Positions 24,972 through 34,671 of a DNA stretch of 64,000 nt are shown one piece after another. How positions within the stretch are numbered: the first letter of the stretch is position 1; each line of letters starts with the position of its first letter. The notes under the pieces were generated by a model. It did not search any database. It saw nothing but the letters and a program-made list of their open reading frames with translations, and was not told the DNA's origin. Source of the DNA: an uncultured Actinomycetota bacterium (GTDB taxonomy: Bacteria > Actinomycetota > Actinomycetes > Streptosporangiales > Streptosporangiaceae); the NCBI GenBank assembly GCA_963750405.1, contig CAVVQP010000002.1:134134-198133 (forward strand), read 5' to 3'. Made by a program: the position numbers and the translations under genes.

Positions 24972-27438
24972 TGCGGCCGGTGCGGTTGCTGCTCGACGGC
25001 TTCGGCTCCTACCGGGAGCAGGCTGAGGCCGACTTCTCCGATGTGGACTTCTTCGCGCTGGTCGGGCCGACCGGGTCGGGCAAGAGCACGGTGATCGACG
25101 GCCTGTGCTTCGCCTTGTACGGCACGGTGCCCCGATGGGGCCGGGAGAACGCGATCGCCCAGGCACTCGCCCCGGCTGCCAACGCCTGCCGGGTCGCGCT
25201 CGTGTTCGAGGCGGCGGGCAAGCGGTACGCGGCAGTACGCGCCCTGACCAGGAACGCGCGCGGCCAGGTCAACACCAAGGAAGCGCGACTTGAGCTGCTC
25301 GACCCGTCGGTAGCCGCGGACGCGCCGATGAGCGAGCTGCTCGAGGCCAGCATCGAAGCAGTGGCGGAGGGACCCGAGCAGGTCAAAGCCGCCGCCGCGG
25401 GCATACTCGGGCTGACCTACGAGCACTTCACCCAGTCGGTGCTGCTGCCGCAAGGGCGGTTCTCCGAGTTCCTGCACGCGCGGGCCGCTGACCGGCAGAA
25501 CCTGCTCGTCGAACTGCTCGGCGTTCGGCGTGTACGAGGCCGTCGGGCAGAAGGCGCGGGAGCGGGCGAAGCTCGCGGGCGAGCTGGCGGCGCGGACTAA
25601 GGACGCTCTCGCCTCGCTGGCCGGGGGTGCCAGCGAGGAGGCCGAGGCCGCCGCGCAGGCCCGGGTGGCCGGGCTTGCCGAGCTGGCCGGCGAGGTTTCC
25701 GAGCTGATCGGCTCGATGCGGGAGCACGCGGACCGGGCTCGGGAGGCCGGGGCGCTGGGGCAGGCCGTTCGGGCCGAGGTTGACCTGCTGGCCAAGGTGA
25801 GCGTGCCCGCCGGGGTGCCTGGCCTGGCCAGGCGGATCGCCGACGCCACTGCGCTGGTGACCAGGCGGCAGGCCGAAGGCGAGCGGGCGGACCAGGCGGA
25901 GGCCGAGGCTTCGGCGGCGCGTGAGGCCCTGCCGGCGGTCGCCGCGCTCGAACGGCTGCGTGACGCCTACGGCCAGCGCCGGGAGCTCGACGCCGCGCAT
26001 GCTAAGAACGACAAGGTCGCCGCCGAGCGGCAGGCCGAGCTCGCCGCTCGCGAGCAGGCGCTGGCGCAGGCCGAGCTGAAGAGCTCGCAGGCCCAAGGCG
26101 CCTACGTCGCGGCGGAGCGCAGTCATGCCGCCGCCGCGGTCGCGCAGGACCTGCGGGTCGGCGAGGACTGCCCGGTCTGCCTGCGGCCGGTCGAGGCGCT
26201 GCCGCGGCACAGCGTGCCCGCCGATGTCGCCGAGGCGCGGGCGGCCGTGGACTGGGCCGCCAAGGCGGTCAGGAAGGCGCGGTCCGAGCGTGATGCGGCG
26301 GCCAAGGCGACTGCCATCGCCGGCCGCTGCCGTAGAGAACACTGCCGGGCAGCTTGGAAAGGTTGCCGCCGTGCTCGCCGATGCGTCTGGGGAGTCCGAG
26401 GTCCGGGGCCTGCTGGAGGCCATCGCCGAGGCTGAGGAACGGATCGCGCGGGCTCGCGTCCTGGCCCGGACTGCCCGCTCCGGTCTGGTCGCGGCCCAGG
26501 CCGAGCGCGCCGGCCTCGACCACGAGGAACGCGCCGCGTGGGCCGCCCTGCGCACCGTCCGGGACTCGGTCGTCGGGCTTGGCGCCCCGTCCGTGGATGG
26601 CAGGGAGCTGGTGGCGGCGTGGGACGCGCTGACCAGCTGGTCGAAGGAGCAGCACGAGCGGCAGACCGTGCGGCTCGAGGAGGTCCGCGAGGCGTACCGG
26701 CAGGCGGCCGAGCAGGTCAACGGGCTCGAGGCGCGGATTCGCGGGCTGCTGGCTGCGCATGAGGTTGCCTCGCCGGCGAGCGGGGCTGGCCCGGGCCAGG
26801 CCGAGGCCGCGCTGGCTGCCGTGGCGGGGCAGCAGGAGCGGGCCAGGCACCAGCTCGAGCAGGTGCGGGCGAACCGGCGCAAGGCGGCCGAGCTCGAGCA
26901 GCAGCTGGCGGCCCAGGCCGAGGACGAGCAGGTGGCCGCGATGCTCGGGCGGCTGCTCCGCGCGTCGTCGTTCGAGCGGTGGCTGTGCGGCGAGGCGCTC
27001 GACTCGCTCGTGGCCGAGGCGTCGGAGACGCTGATGGAGCTGTCCGGCGGGCAGTACCAGCTGGACCGGGATGAGCGGAACGACCTGTTCGTGATCGATT
27101 ACCAGGATGCCGGGGCGCGGCGGCCGGTGCACACCTTGTCGGGAGGCGAGACGTTCCAGGCCTCGCTGGCCCTGGCGCTGGCGCTGTCACGCCAGGTGGT
27201 GGGGCTGTCGGCGGGGATGCGGGACCTGAACTCGATGTTCCTGGACGAGGGCTTCGGCACGCTGGACGAGGACACGCTGGAGGTTGTCGGGTCGACCCTG
27301 GAGCGGCTTTCCGCCGACTCCGAGCGCATGATCGGGATCATCACGCACGTGCCGGCGCTGGCTGAGCGCGCGCCGGTGCGGTTCGTCGTCGCCCGCGCCG
27401 GCATGACCTCGACGCTGCGCAAGGAGGGCGTGACGTGA
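24971..27438 (+). CDS. sbcC: SbcC/Rad50-family ATPase; two frame breaks
   Basis: It has Walker A GPTGSGKST, a long Ala/Glu coiled coil, the zinc hook CPVC (EDCPVCLRPV), the signature LSGGETFQASLALALAL, Walker B MFLDEGFGTLD and the H-loop ITHV. It is assembled from ORFs 24449-25600, 25530-26435 and 26125-27438, with breaks near 25520 and 26320. Confidence 0.85.
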
Positions 27439-28409
27439 GCGGCATGTCGTTCACGGTTGATCCCTGGGACCCGGGCTACGGGCAGGCGTTCGCCGAGGAG
27501 CAGGAGGGCGGCTCGGGCGGGCTGTCGCAGTCCACTGCCGAGCTCAACCTGGACCTCGAGGTCCCGGCCGGCGAGTGGCGGCCGCTCGACCCCGACCCCT
27601 CGGTGGTGCCCCCTGGCACGGTGCTTTTCCTCGACGGCGTGCGCCGGATCGACGCCCGGGTCTGGGTGCACGGCGGCGGTCTCCAGCCGGTCGCGGGGAT
27701 TGCCGCGTCCCTGGCCGCCGGCATCGTCGTCTGCAATGGCGGCGCCCACGTGGCCGACGTGGTCGTCGAGCGCGGCCTCTTCACCGCCGCCGGAGACGCG
27801 GGAGACCTGGTAACCCGCTGCGGCCGGTACGCGGCTTACCCGGCCGCCGATGGCGCCGGGCTCGACAAGCTCTCGCAGGCGCTGCAGCAGCGGCTGGCGT
27901 TCGCCGAGGTAGAGCTGGCGGTGGCGTTCCGGGGCGCGCACCCCGGCGACGACGACCTGCTGATCGTGGATGGCCCGCTGCACGGCCGAGCCCACCTGGA
28001 ACGGACCATCGGCTACGTCAAGACGCACCACGCCTCGTACCTGCCAGGCGACCAGGCCGCGGTCGTCGGCGCCCTGAAGCCAGGCCAGCGCACCCCGGCC
28101 TTCACCATGGGCACGTCGTGGGAGCGGGCGTCCTGGTACCTGCAGCTGCCAGGGACGGACGGCGTGCCCTGGTCCGGCGTGGTCCGCCTGGAATGCTCGG
28201 CCGACCTCGACCCCAAGGACATCTCCATGCTGGCCGACCAGACGACCCGCGTGCTGCCCGCCTTCGCGAGCGTCCCGCACAAGGACCCGCGCGCCCCCCA
28301 GAACCTGGTCCCGATCGGCGGCCTGGAGCGCCAGCTCAAGCACCGCCTAGGCGACGAGCGCCTCCTCTACCGCGCACTCAGGGCCGCGAGCCTGACCCAG
28401 TTCGCTTGA
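27435..28409 (+). CDS. Conserved hypothetical protein, possible NurA-like nuclease domain
   Basis: The GTG start overlaps the sbcC stop (GTGA). The segments VLFLDGVRR, LLIVDGPLHG and IGYVKTHH resemble the DG / DGxL / (V/S)K(T/S) motifs I recall for NurA. This is by eye only. Confidence 0.35.
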   Translation: MSGMSFTVDPWDPGYGQAFAEEQEGGSGGLSQSTAELNLDLEVPAGEWRPLDPDPSVVPPGTVLFLDGVRRIDARVWVHGGGLQPVAGIAASLAAGIVVCNGGAHVADVVVERGLFTAAGDAGDLVTRCGRYAAYPAADGAGLDKLSQALQQRLAFAEVELAVAFRGAHPGDDDLLIVDGPLHGRAHLERTIGYVKTHHASYLPGDQAAVVGALKPGQRTPAFTMGTSWERASWYLQLPGTDGVPWSGVVRLECSADLDPKDISMLADQTTRVLPAFASVPHKDPRAPQNLVPIGGLERQLKHRLGDERLLYRALRAASLTQFA

Positions 28410-28998
28410 GACGGCCGACGAGGCTTGCGGGCAGCGGGTGCACCGCGAAGTGCAAGACAGCAGCGAGCACCCCGCCGACCATCGGCGCGACAAGGAAGAC
28501 CCAGACCTGGGAGAGCACGCTCCCGCCCGTGACCAGCGCGGGTCCCAGGCTGCGGGCCGGATTGACCGACGCGCCGTCGAACGGAATGCCGATAACGTGC
28601 AATATCGAGTTCGCCCCGTAGCCATTCGCGCCCAGACCGATCCTCGACTTGCTGTAGAGCGGCGAGGTCCGCATCATCCACCACAGCAGCAATGCGCCCA
28701 CGATGCCGCCCGCCAGCTGGGCCACCCAGTAGCCGGCCGCCTCGATCAGGCCTATCCGCCTGCTGATGAAGGCACCGAGGGTCACCGCAGGATTGACGTG
28801 ACCGCCAGAGATCGGGCCGATCACGTACACCAGGGCAGCGTAGATCAGCCCGAATGTGATGGCGACGAGAAGGATGCCGGCCGCCAGGCTGCTGCCGAAG
28901 ATCCGGTAGCCGAAGACGAGAGCCGCCGCTCCGGCCCCGAAGAACACCAAGAGGATGGTGCCGAGAAACTCAGCGGCATACTTTCTCCCCATATTCAC
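28378..28998 (-). CDS. MIP/aquaporin-family channel, apparently shortened
   Basis: It has both NPA boxes (GGHVNPAVT, ASVNPARS). Only ~19 aa lie between GANGYGANS and the second NPA box, whereas E. coli AqpZ has roughly 60 by my recollection. The 3' end overlaps the convergent 27435-28409 ORF by 32 nt. Confidence 0.75.
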   Translation of the reverse strand: MNMGRKYAAEFLGTILLVFFGAGAAALVFGYRIFGSSLAAGILLVAITFGLIYAALVYVIGPISGGHVNPAVTLGAFISRRIGLIEAAGYWVAQLAGGIVGALLLWWMMRTSPLYSKSRIGLGANGYGANSILHVIGIPFDGASVNPARSLGPALVTGGSVLSQVWVFLVAPMVGGVLAAVLHFAVHPLPASLVGRLKRTGSGSRP

Positions 28999-29076
28999 CC
29001 TTACCGCGCCGGAAACCGGATCTCAGACCAGGGATATTCCCACGTTGGGTGATCTCAACGCTACTTTCAGCAATGG

Positions 29077-29585
29077 CTACGTCCGTGAGGCCTGGCTGGG
29101 CGGTATCGAATGTTGTCGGTCAGCGGGCGCGGCAGTTCCTGCGGAGTGTCGGCGATCCGCACGCTGAAGGCCGGATCGCCCGGCCAGGCGACTGGCACGC
29201 CCGGGACGAGCCCGAGCAGTCGCCGTACCCATTCGACGTACTCTTCGCTGCGGCCGGGAGTTGCGGAGCTTCGCCGAGGTGAACCGGCTCTCCGAGGTCT
29301 CGCGGATCCGGTGCGCCTCGTCGAGGATCAGTACCTCGAGCCCGTTGCGGTCAGCCTCCATGAAGCTGTTGAAAGCAAGCCGTTGCTGGTCAAGCAGCAC
29401 GAACTGCTCTCGCTCGCGGATTTCAGCCGCCGCCACGTGAGTAGCTGTCGGCTCGGAGCGGCCCGAGATCCGAGGAAAGCGTCCGCATAGTCCGCTCCCG
29501 GCACCGAATCAGTCAGCTTGGACCGCAGATACTTGAGAAATTCGCCGCCGGATACGGCCGCCTCGTCTTCGTGTAGTGCCGGCAA
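29077..29585 (-). pseudogene. DUF2075-type (Schlafen-like helicase/ATPase) gene remnant
   Basis: Disjointed frames read EFLKYLRSKLTD..., EQFVLLDQQRLAFNSFMEADRNGLEVLILDEAHRIRE (Walker-B-like) and SEEYVEWVRRLLG. No P-loop segment is present. Confidence 0.4.
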
Positions 29586-29750
29586 GAAGTCGAGAAGGTA
29601 CTGGCAGTACCCGCGTACCTGCTCAGCGCAGCACGAAAAAGTCGCGCGGGTAGGAGCATGTCGGCGACAGCAGCCATTTCAGCGCTGCCGAAGAAGCCCG
29701 TCGGGCCGCAGTGCGACCCCAGCTTATCCCGATGCGTGACCTGACGACCG

Positions 29751-31019
29751 CTACGTCCAGAGCGCGTCGACTGGCATGGCGAAGATGCGCGAGCGCGGGT
29801 CGAGGCAGGCTGTGTGCTGCCCGGTGTAGAACACGATGCCCGTTAGCCACCGGTCGCCTAGTCGTCTGGCCAGGGTGAGCAGCCCCGACGCATCTCTCAA
29901 CCGGACCTGCGACGCCGCCTTGACCTCGATGCCCACTACGGCTCCGTCTGGCCTCTCCAGTAGCAGGTCGACTTCTTCCCCGCCGCGGTCGCGCCAGTGT
30001 CCCGCCACGAGGGGTTGCGCGGACCAGCTTGCTTGCTTGAGCACCTCGTTAACCACGAAGGTCTCCATCAGGTGACCGTATTCGGTAAGGGTCTCCGGCA
30101 GTCTGCGGAGCAGCTTCTCACTGGTGATCCGCGTCATCTGGCCGGCTACCCCGGAATCGACGAGGTGCAGCTTGGGCAGCGCTCCTGCCTTGGCGCCCAA
30201 GGTGGTCCCCCAGGCCGGGAGGCGGTGGATCAGGTAGACAGATTCCAGCAACTGAGTGTAGTTCTCGGCGGTCGAGATCTCGAGGCCTACCGACCTGGCT
30301 GCCTCGGAAACGTTCAGCAATTGCGCGGTCTGCCCGGCCAGCCTCGTCAGGAGCCGAGGCAACTGGGTGCGTTGCCGCACTCGCGAAATGGCCATGACGT
30401 CGCGTTCACATACCAAAGCCACGTAGTCCGCGAACCATTGCGTCCGTAGCGGATCGGGGATGGCCAGGGCCTGCGGGAAACCGCCAGCCAGCACCCGCTC
30501 GGCGTACTCCTGTCCGCTCGTCCGGCCACTGGACGCCGCCGTCGAGGGAGCTTCCCCTGCGAGCAGCCGTTCAACGCAGTCTTCGCGAACGCCGTCGATC
30601 TCGCCTTGTGACAACGGCCAGACAGGTACCACGGTGGCACGTCCGGTCAGGGACTGGGCCGCGCGTGGCAGCGCTTCGTAACGCGTAGATCCGGTCAGCA
30701 CAAACCGGCCGGGAGTGCTCCGGCGGTTTAGCTCGGCCTTGATCGCGTCCAGGATCTCCGGCACATGCTGGAACTCGTCAACACATACCGGAGCTGGCCC
30801 GCTGACAAACGTCGCTGGGTCTGCCGACGCGAGCGCCCTTGTGTCGAGGTCGTCCAGATCGACGACGATGACGTCGGCTTCCTCCGCCAACTGGCGCAAC
30901 AGGACGGACTTGCCGACGGCCCTGGCGCCAGTTAGGACCACGACCGGGAATCCGGTGAGCCGGGCCCGCAAGGTAACGCCAAGTCGGCGCTCAACGATGT
31001 CGGTCAACCTCGGGGTCAT
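29751..31019 (-). CDS. AAA-type ATPase with DUF4143 C-terminal domain
   Basis: It has FPVVVLTGARAVGKS (Walker A), VCVDEFQHVPEILDAIK (Walker B) and a restriction-endonuclease-like C-terminus (EVDLLLERPDGAVVGIEVK). Confidence 0.8.
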   Translation of the reverse strand: MTPRLTDIVERRLGVTLRARLTGFPVVVLTGARAVGKSVLLRQLAEEADVIVVDLDDLDTRALASADPATFVSGPAPVCVDEFQHVPEILDAIKAELNRRSTPGRFVLTGSTRYEALPRAAQSLTGRATVVPVWPLSQGEIDGVREDCVERLLAGEAPSTAASSGRTSGQEYAERVLAGGFPQALAIPDPLRTQWFADYVALVCERDVMAISRVRQRTQLPRLLTRLAGQTAQLLNVSEAARSVGLEISTAENYTQLLESVYLIHRLPAWGTTLGAKAGALPKLHLVDSGVAGQMTRITSEKLLRRLPETLTEYGHLMETFVVNEVLKQASWSAQPLVAGHWRDRGGEEVDLLLERPDGAVVGIEVKAASQVRLRDASGLLTLARRLGDRWLTGIVFYTGQHTACLDPRSRIFAMPVDALWT

Positions 31020-31180
31020 TGACCTAGCCTAACAGATTTTCCGAAATCGTCTCAGAGCAATTTCCGAAAGCGTCCTCAGATTCGTGACAGCCCCGGCTGT
31101 GTTCTTGCAGCTCGAAGAGGTCAGCGACTGTGCCTGGCAGCCGCCATCGTGCCTCCATACTCCTTCCCTTGCCGCAAAGG

Positions 31181-34126
31181 TCACTCGCCTGGCCGCCTGA
31201 CTAGCGGTTGGCTGGTGCCGGTGAGAGCGAAGCCGGCGTCGTCGATCGCCTCGCACCAGGACGTACTTGTGCAGTCCTCGTAGAGGATCGGGATGCCGGG
31301 GTCCAGCGTCCCGATCGGCCACAGCCCGGTCCCGTCGAACGTGTAGGCGGCCCCGGACTCCGTCCCTGCCAGGCAGTCATTCGCCGCCGGGCAATCCAGG
31401 GACGTGATCGTGTCGGTGACCGGAGTCCGCACCGCGTGCCACTTCGACCCGTTGAAGACGTCGATGGCCTGAGGCGTGCTATTCAACGGGTAGCCGACGC
31501 AGAAGACGGCGGACCCGCAGGTCAGGTAGAACAGGTCGCCTCCTTGCGCGGATGCCTTCCGCCATGCCTTGCCGTTGTAGACGAACGAGGCGTCAGCGGA
31601 GAGAAGGCAGAAAGTCACCGACACACACGATACGAGAGTGCCGATATTCTGCCGCGACGGAGTTTCGTAGGACGTGGCGGCCCAGCTAGTGCCGTTGTAG
31701 ATATAGGCGAGGCCGTCGAATCCGTCATCCGCGACGCAGAAACGGCGACTGACGCAAGACAGCGAGTCGACGGAGAATCCGACTGTGCCAGGGGCGGTCG
31801 GTTTGGTCCAGTGGTCATTGGCGTACGTCAGTACCGAGCCGGATCCGGTCGTGGCCAGGCACCAGCCGGCAACCGGGCACGAGACCGTGGCGGGCTGATA
31901 AACAAACCCGCTGGCGTCACGTTTCGCAGCGCCAGTGGTGATCATTACGGGCGCCGACCACTTCGTGCCGTTGAAGGTCTCGGCGTAGCCGTCCAGGTCG
32001 ACCAGGGCGCAAAAGGCAGGAGAAGCGCACGACTCCTGGATAACGAAGTGCGGCGCGTCGACCTGGACCGGCGCGGACCAGGCGCCGGACCGATACCGGG
32101 ACTGATATCCGGAGAACGTGTCCAGCCAGCACGACTCGCCCGTGCACGACAGCCCGCTGACTGCCCCTTCACCACCGTCGCTGCTGGTGACAACCGGCCC
32201 GATGCTGACGGGCGCCGACCAGGACGAGCCGCTGAAGACGGTGCTCTCAAGTTCGCTGCCGTCGGCTGACTCACCGATGCCCAGGCAGAAGTGGGCAGCC
32301 GTGCACGATGCCAGGTCGACGGAGTTTGTCGACGCGAGTGCGGCATCAGTCCAGGTCGAGCCTGACCAGGTTTGCGGAGTGTTTCCGTTTCCCCCGGCCA
32401 GGCACGCGCTGGCGGATGCGCAGGTTACGAAGCCGACCTCGTTGTCAAATGGGGTCGGCAGGTTCTCGACCGCGGACCAGGTTCCGCCGTTCGAGGTGAC
32501 ATAAGAGTCCTGGCCGATGACCGTGCAGAATTTAGCGGCAGTGCACGAGACGGGATAGTTTCCGCCGGATGGATTCATGACTGGTCCCCTGGACCACGAG
32601 CCGTTATCGAGTGCGTAGATGTTGCCGTCGCCATCGGTAAATACGCAGTACGATGCGTTAGAGCACGATATGCTCTGAATGCTTCCGGCGAACGGATGCC
32701 GCTCTACCGGAATCGTCTTGATACCGGACCAAATACCATTCTGGTAGACTAGGTAACCGTCGCGGCCAACATCGACGCCGGCCAGGCAAAAGCCGGCTGC
32801 GGGGCAGTCGAGCGTGTCGAGGCATGTCCCGCTGCAGCTGAATCCGCCCTGCCCGGCTACATGCCGGAATATCGGCTTCGGTCCTGACCATTCCACACCG
32901 TTGTAGGTCAGGTAGTTGCCGTACTGGTCAATCGCGACGCAAGAACTGGCCGAGACGCACGAGACGCTGGCCAGCAGGCCCTGGCTCAGGTCAATACGCT
33001 CCGGCGCTGACCAGCGGAGTTTGCTCAGCGGAGTCGGCCGGGAGAAGCCGAGGAATGCGGTCTCTACCCGACGAGCGAACATGTCCTGACCGGCCTTGGT
33101 CGGATGGAAAGTGGCCGTGCTGACCAGCGACTTGCCCTTGGAACCTACGCCGTGGAAAGCCGAGATCTCGAATGCAGCGACCGTGGCCTTAGGGGTCGTT
33201 CCCTTGCAATTATGCGGAACGGATGGGTTATAGGTATCGACATAGCTGATTCGGCCCGCGTAGCCCGGGCTGGCCGACTTTACCTTGCTGATGGCGGCCT
33301 TGATCATGGCGTTCATGGCCACGATGAAGCCGTCCACGTTCTTGGCGTCCGTGACCGGCATCCCGACGTCCACGGTAAACCCGGGATCATAGTGATCGAG
33401 AACGCAGAACGGCGATCCTTTCAGCGTCGGAACGCCCTTGTAACTGGGCGGCAGCACCCTCGGGTAGCCGACGACGGCTAGCGCCGCGTTCGGCGCCCGT
33501 TTAAGCAAGCCGGTGTAGAGCCTCGCCAGCTCTGCCTGGACCTGGCTGATCCGGCCGCGCTCGAACGCGAGTTCTTTGGCGCAGGTGGCGGAGGAGAACC
33601 GCACTACCTTCTTGTGGCTGATGATCACTTCGGCGCAGGCCCGGCCGACATCACCGAAGCCGAGGTCGTCGCCGCCCGCCGAGATCGAGATCCACTGGGT
33701 CGCCGGGCTGACCATGTCGACCTGGGCCGGCTGCTTGTACTGCTCATTCTGGCCCGACTGCGGAGGGACGCTCATCATGTCGACCGCCGTCGCACCCGAG
33801 CACGCCCAGGACACCCGCGAAGTCACCGACGGCAGCACCACGTGCGGGGTCAGCGCCGAGTACGCATGCGGGGACCGATGGCAGACGTTGCGCTTCGGCC
33901 CCTTCTTGACGTCGGTGCCCGTCAGGTATGACCCGAGCCCCTCGCCCGAGGCGTACGAGTCGCCGAGCGCGACGTACGCCGGCCCGCCGCTGGCCTGAGC
34001 TAGCGCCCGACCGGCGCTAGCAGCCGCCACCGTCGCGGTCCTTGTCGCGGAGCCATTCGGGCCGGCTGCCGCGGTACCAGCGACGGCGGTCACGGCAATC
34101 GCCGCCGAAATCAGTCGAGCCAGCAT
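31181..34126 (-). CDS. Secreted SGNH/GDSL hydrolase fused to ~14 Cys-pair repeats (beta-propeller-like)
   Basis: The start is taken at MLARLISAAIAVTAVAGTAAA (signal peptide). SGNH block I is YVALGDSYASGEG. The C-terminal ~600 aa consist of ~40-45-aa repeats of the form (V/L)SC.S..FC.A.D..G....Y.G..WS.P. Confidence 0.8.
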   Translation of the reverse strand: MLARLISAAIAVTAVAGTAAAGPNGSATRTATVAAASAGRALAQASGGPAYVALGDSYASGEGLGSYLTGTDVKKGPKRNVCHRSPHAYSALTPHVVLPSVTSRVSWACSGATAVDMMSVPPQSGQNEQYKQPAQVDMVSPATQWISISAGGDDLGFGDVGRACAEVIISHKKVVRFSSATCAKELAFERGRISQVQAELARLYTGLLKRAPNAALAVVGYPRVLPPSYKGVPTLKGSPFCVLDHYDPGFTVDVGMPVTDAKNVDGFIVAMNAMIKAAISKVKSASPGYAGRISYVDTYNPSVPHNCKGTTPKATVAAFEISAFHGVGSKGKSLVSTATFHPTKAGQDMFARRVETAFLGFSRPTPLSKLRWSAPERIDLSQGLLASVSCVSASSCVAIDQYGNYLTYNGVEWSGPKPIFRHVAGQGGFSCSGTCLDTLDCPAAGFCLAGVDVGRDGYLVYQNGIWSGIKTIPVERHPFAGSIQSISCSNASYCVFTDGDGNIYALDNGSWSRGPVMNPSGGNYPVSCTAAKFCTVIGQDSYVTSNGGTWSAVENLPTPFDNEVGFVTCASASACLAGGNGNTPQTWSGSTWTDAALASTNSVDLASCTAAHFCLGIGESADGSELESTVFSGSSWSAPVSIGPVVTSSDGGEGAVSGLSCTGESCWLDTFSGYQSRYRSGAWSAPVQVDAPHFVIQESCASPAFCALVDLDGYAETFNGTKWSAPVMITTGAAKRDASGFVYQPATVSCPVAGWCLATTGSGSVLTYANDHWTKPTAPGTVGFSVDSLSCVSRRFCVADDGFDGLAYIYNGTSWAATSYETPSRQNIGTLVSCVSVTFCLLSADASFVYNGKAWRKASAQGGDLFYLTCGSAVFCVGYPLNSTPQAIDVFNGSKWHAVRTPVTDTITSLDCPAANDCLAGTESGAAYTFDGTGLWPIGTLDPGIPILYEDCTSTSWCEAIDDAGFALTGTSQPLVRRPGE

Positions 34127-34257
34127 CGATCTCACCCAATGGTTATACAGCCGTTGCCCGGCCACAGAACAGTAGCCAAAGGCGGTGTTGCGTACGCAGT
34201 GTACTTGACGTACGTGGTTGTGATGAGGACAATGGGTACGGGATGGGGGAGGACGCG

Positions 34258-34671
34258 ATGGTGGCGGTGCACTACGACAGCTACAGCGAGGCTCGCGCGC
34301 ACCTGAAAGACCTGCTGGACGCTGCCGAGCGGGGGCGCGTGGCGACAGTACGGCGAGAGTCAGCGAACGCGGTAGTGCTCGATGCCCGGCGGTTGCGCCA
34401 GTTGCTCGCATTGGTGGTGCCGTCTCGCGCCCAGGTGGTGGCGGAGGCGGGCGGCTGGTCAGTCTTCATCCCCGGACTGCCGGTGGCTGCGGACGGTCCG
34501 ACCTTCGACGAGGCGATCGGGGAGATGATACAGGCGCTTCGAGAGTACGCCGAGGATTGGGACGAAAGACTGCTCGACGCCCCAAACCACCGGGGCCACT
34601 GGGGTCTCGTCCAGCTCATTAGCTTGAGCGACGACGACCAGCTCCGGGACTGGCTGGCGGCGTCGCCCTGA
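34258..34671 (+). CDS. Antitoxin, Phd/YefM-like N-terminus plus HicB-like domain
   Basis: YSEARAHLKDLLDAAERGRVATVRR is Phd-like. WSVFIPGLPVAADGPTFDEAIGEMIQALREYAEDW is HicB-like. Its stop overlaps the next ATG (ATGA-type junction at 34671). Confidence 0.55.
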   Translation: MVAVHYDSYSEARAHLKDLLDAAERGRVATVRRESANAVVLDARRLRQLLALVVPSRAQVVAEAGGWSVFIPGLPVAADGPTFDEAIGEMIQALREYAEDWDERLLDAPNHRGHWGLVQLISLSDDDQLRDWLAASP

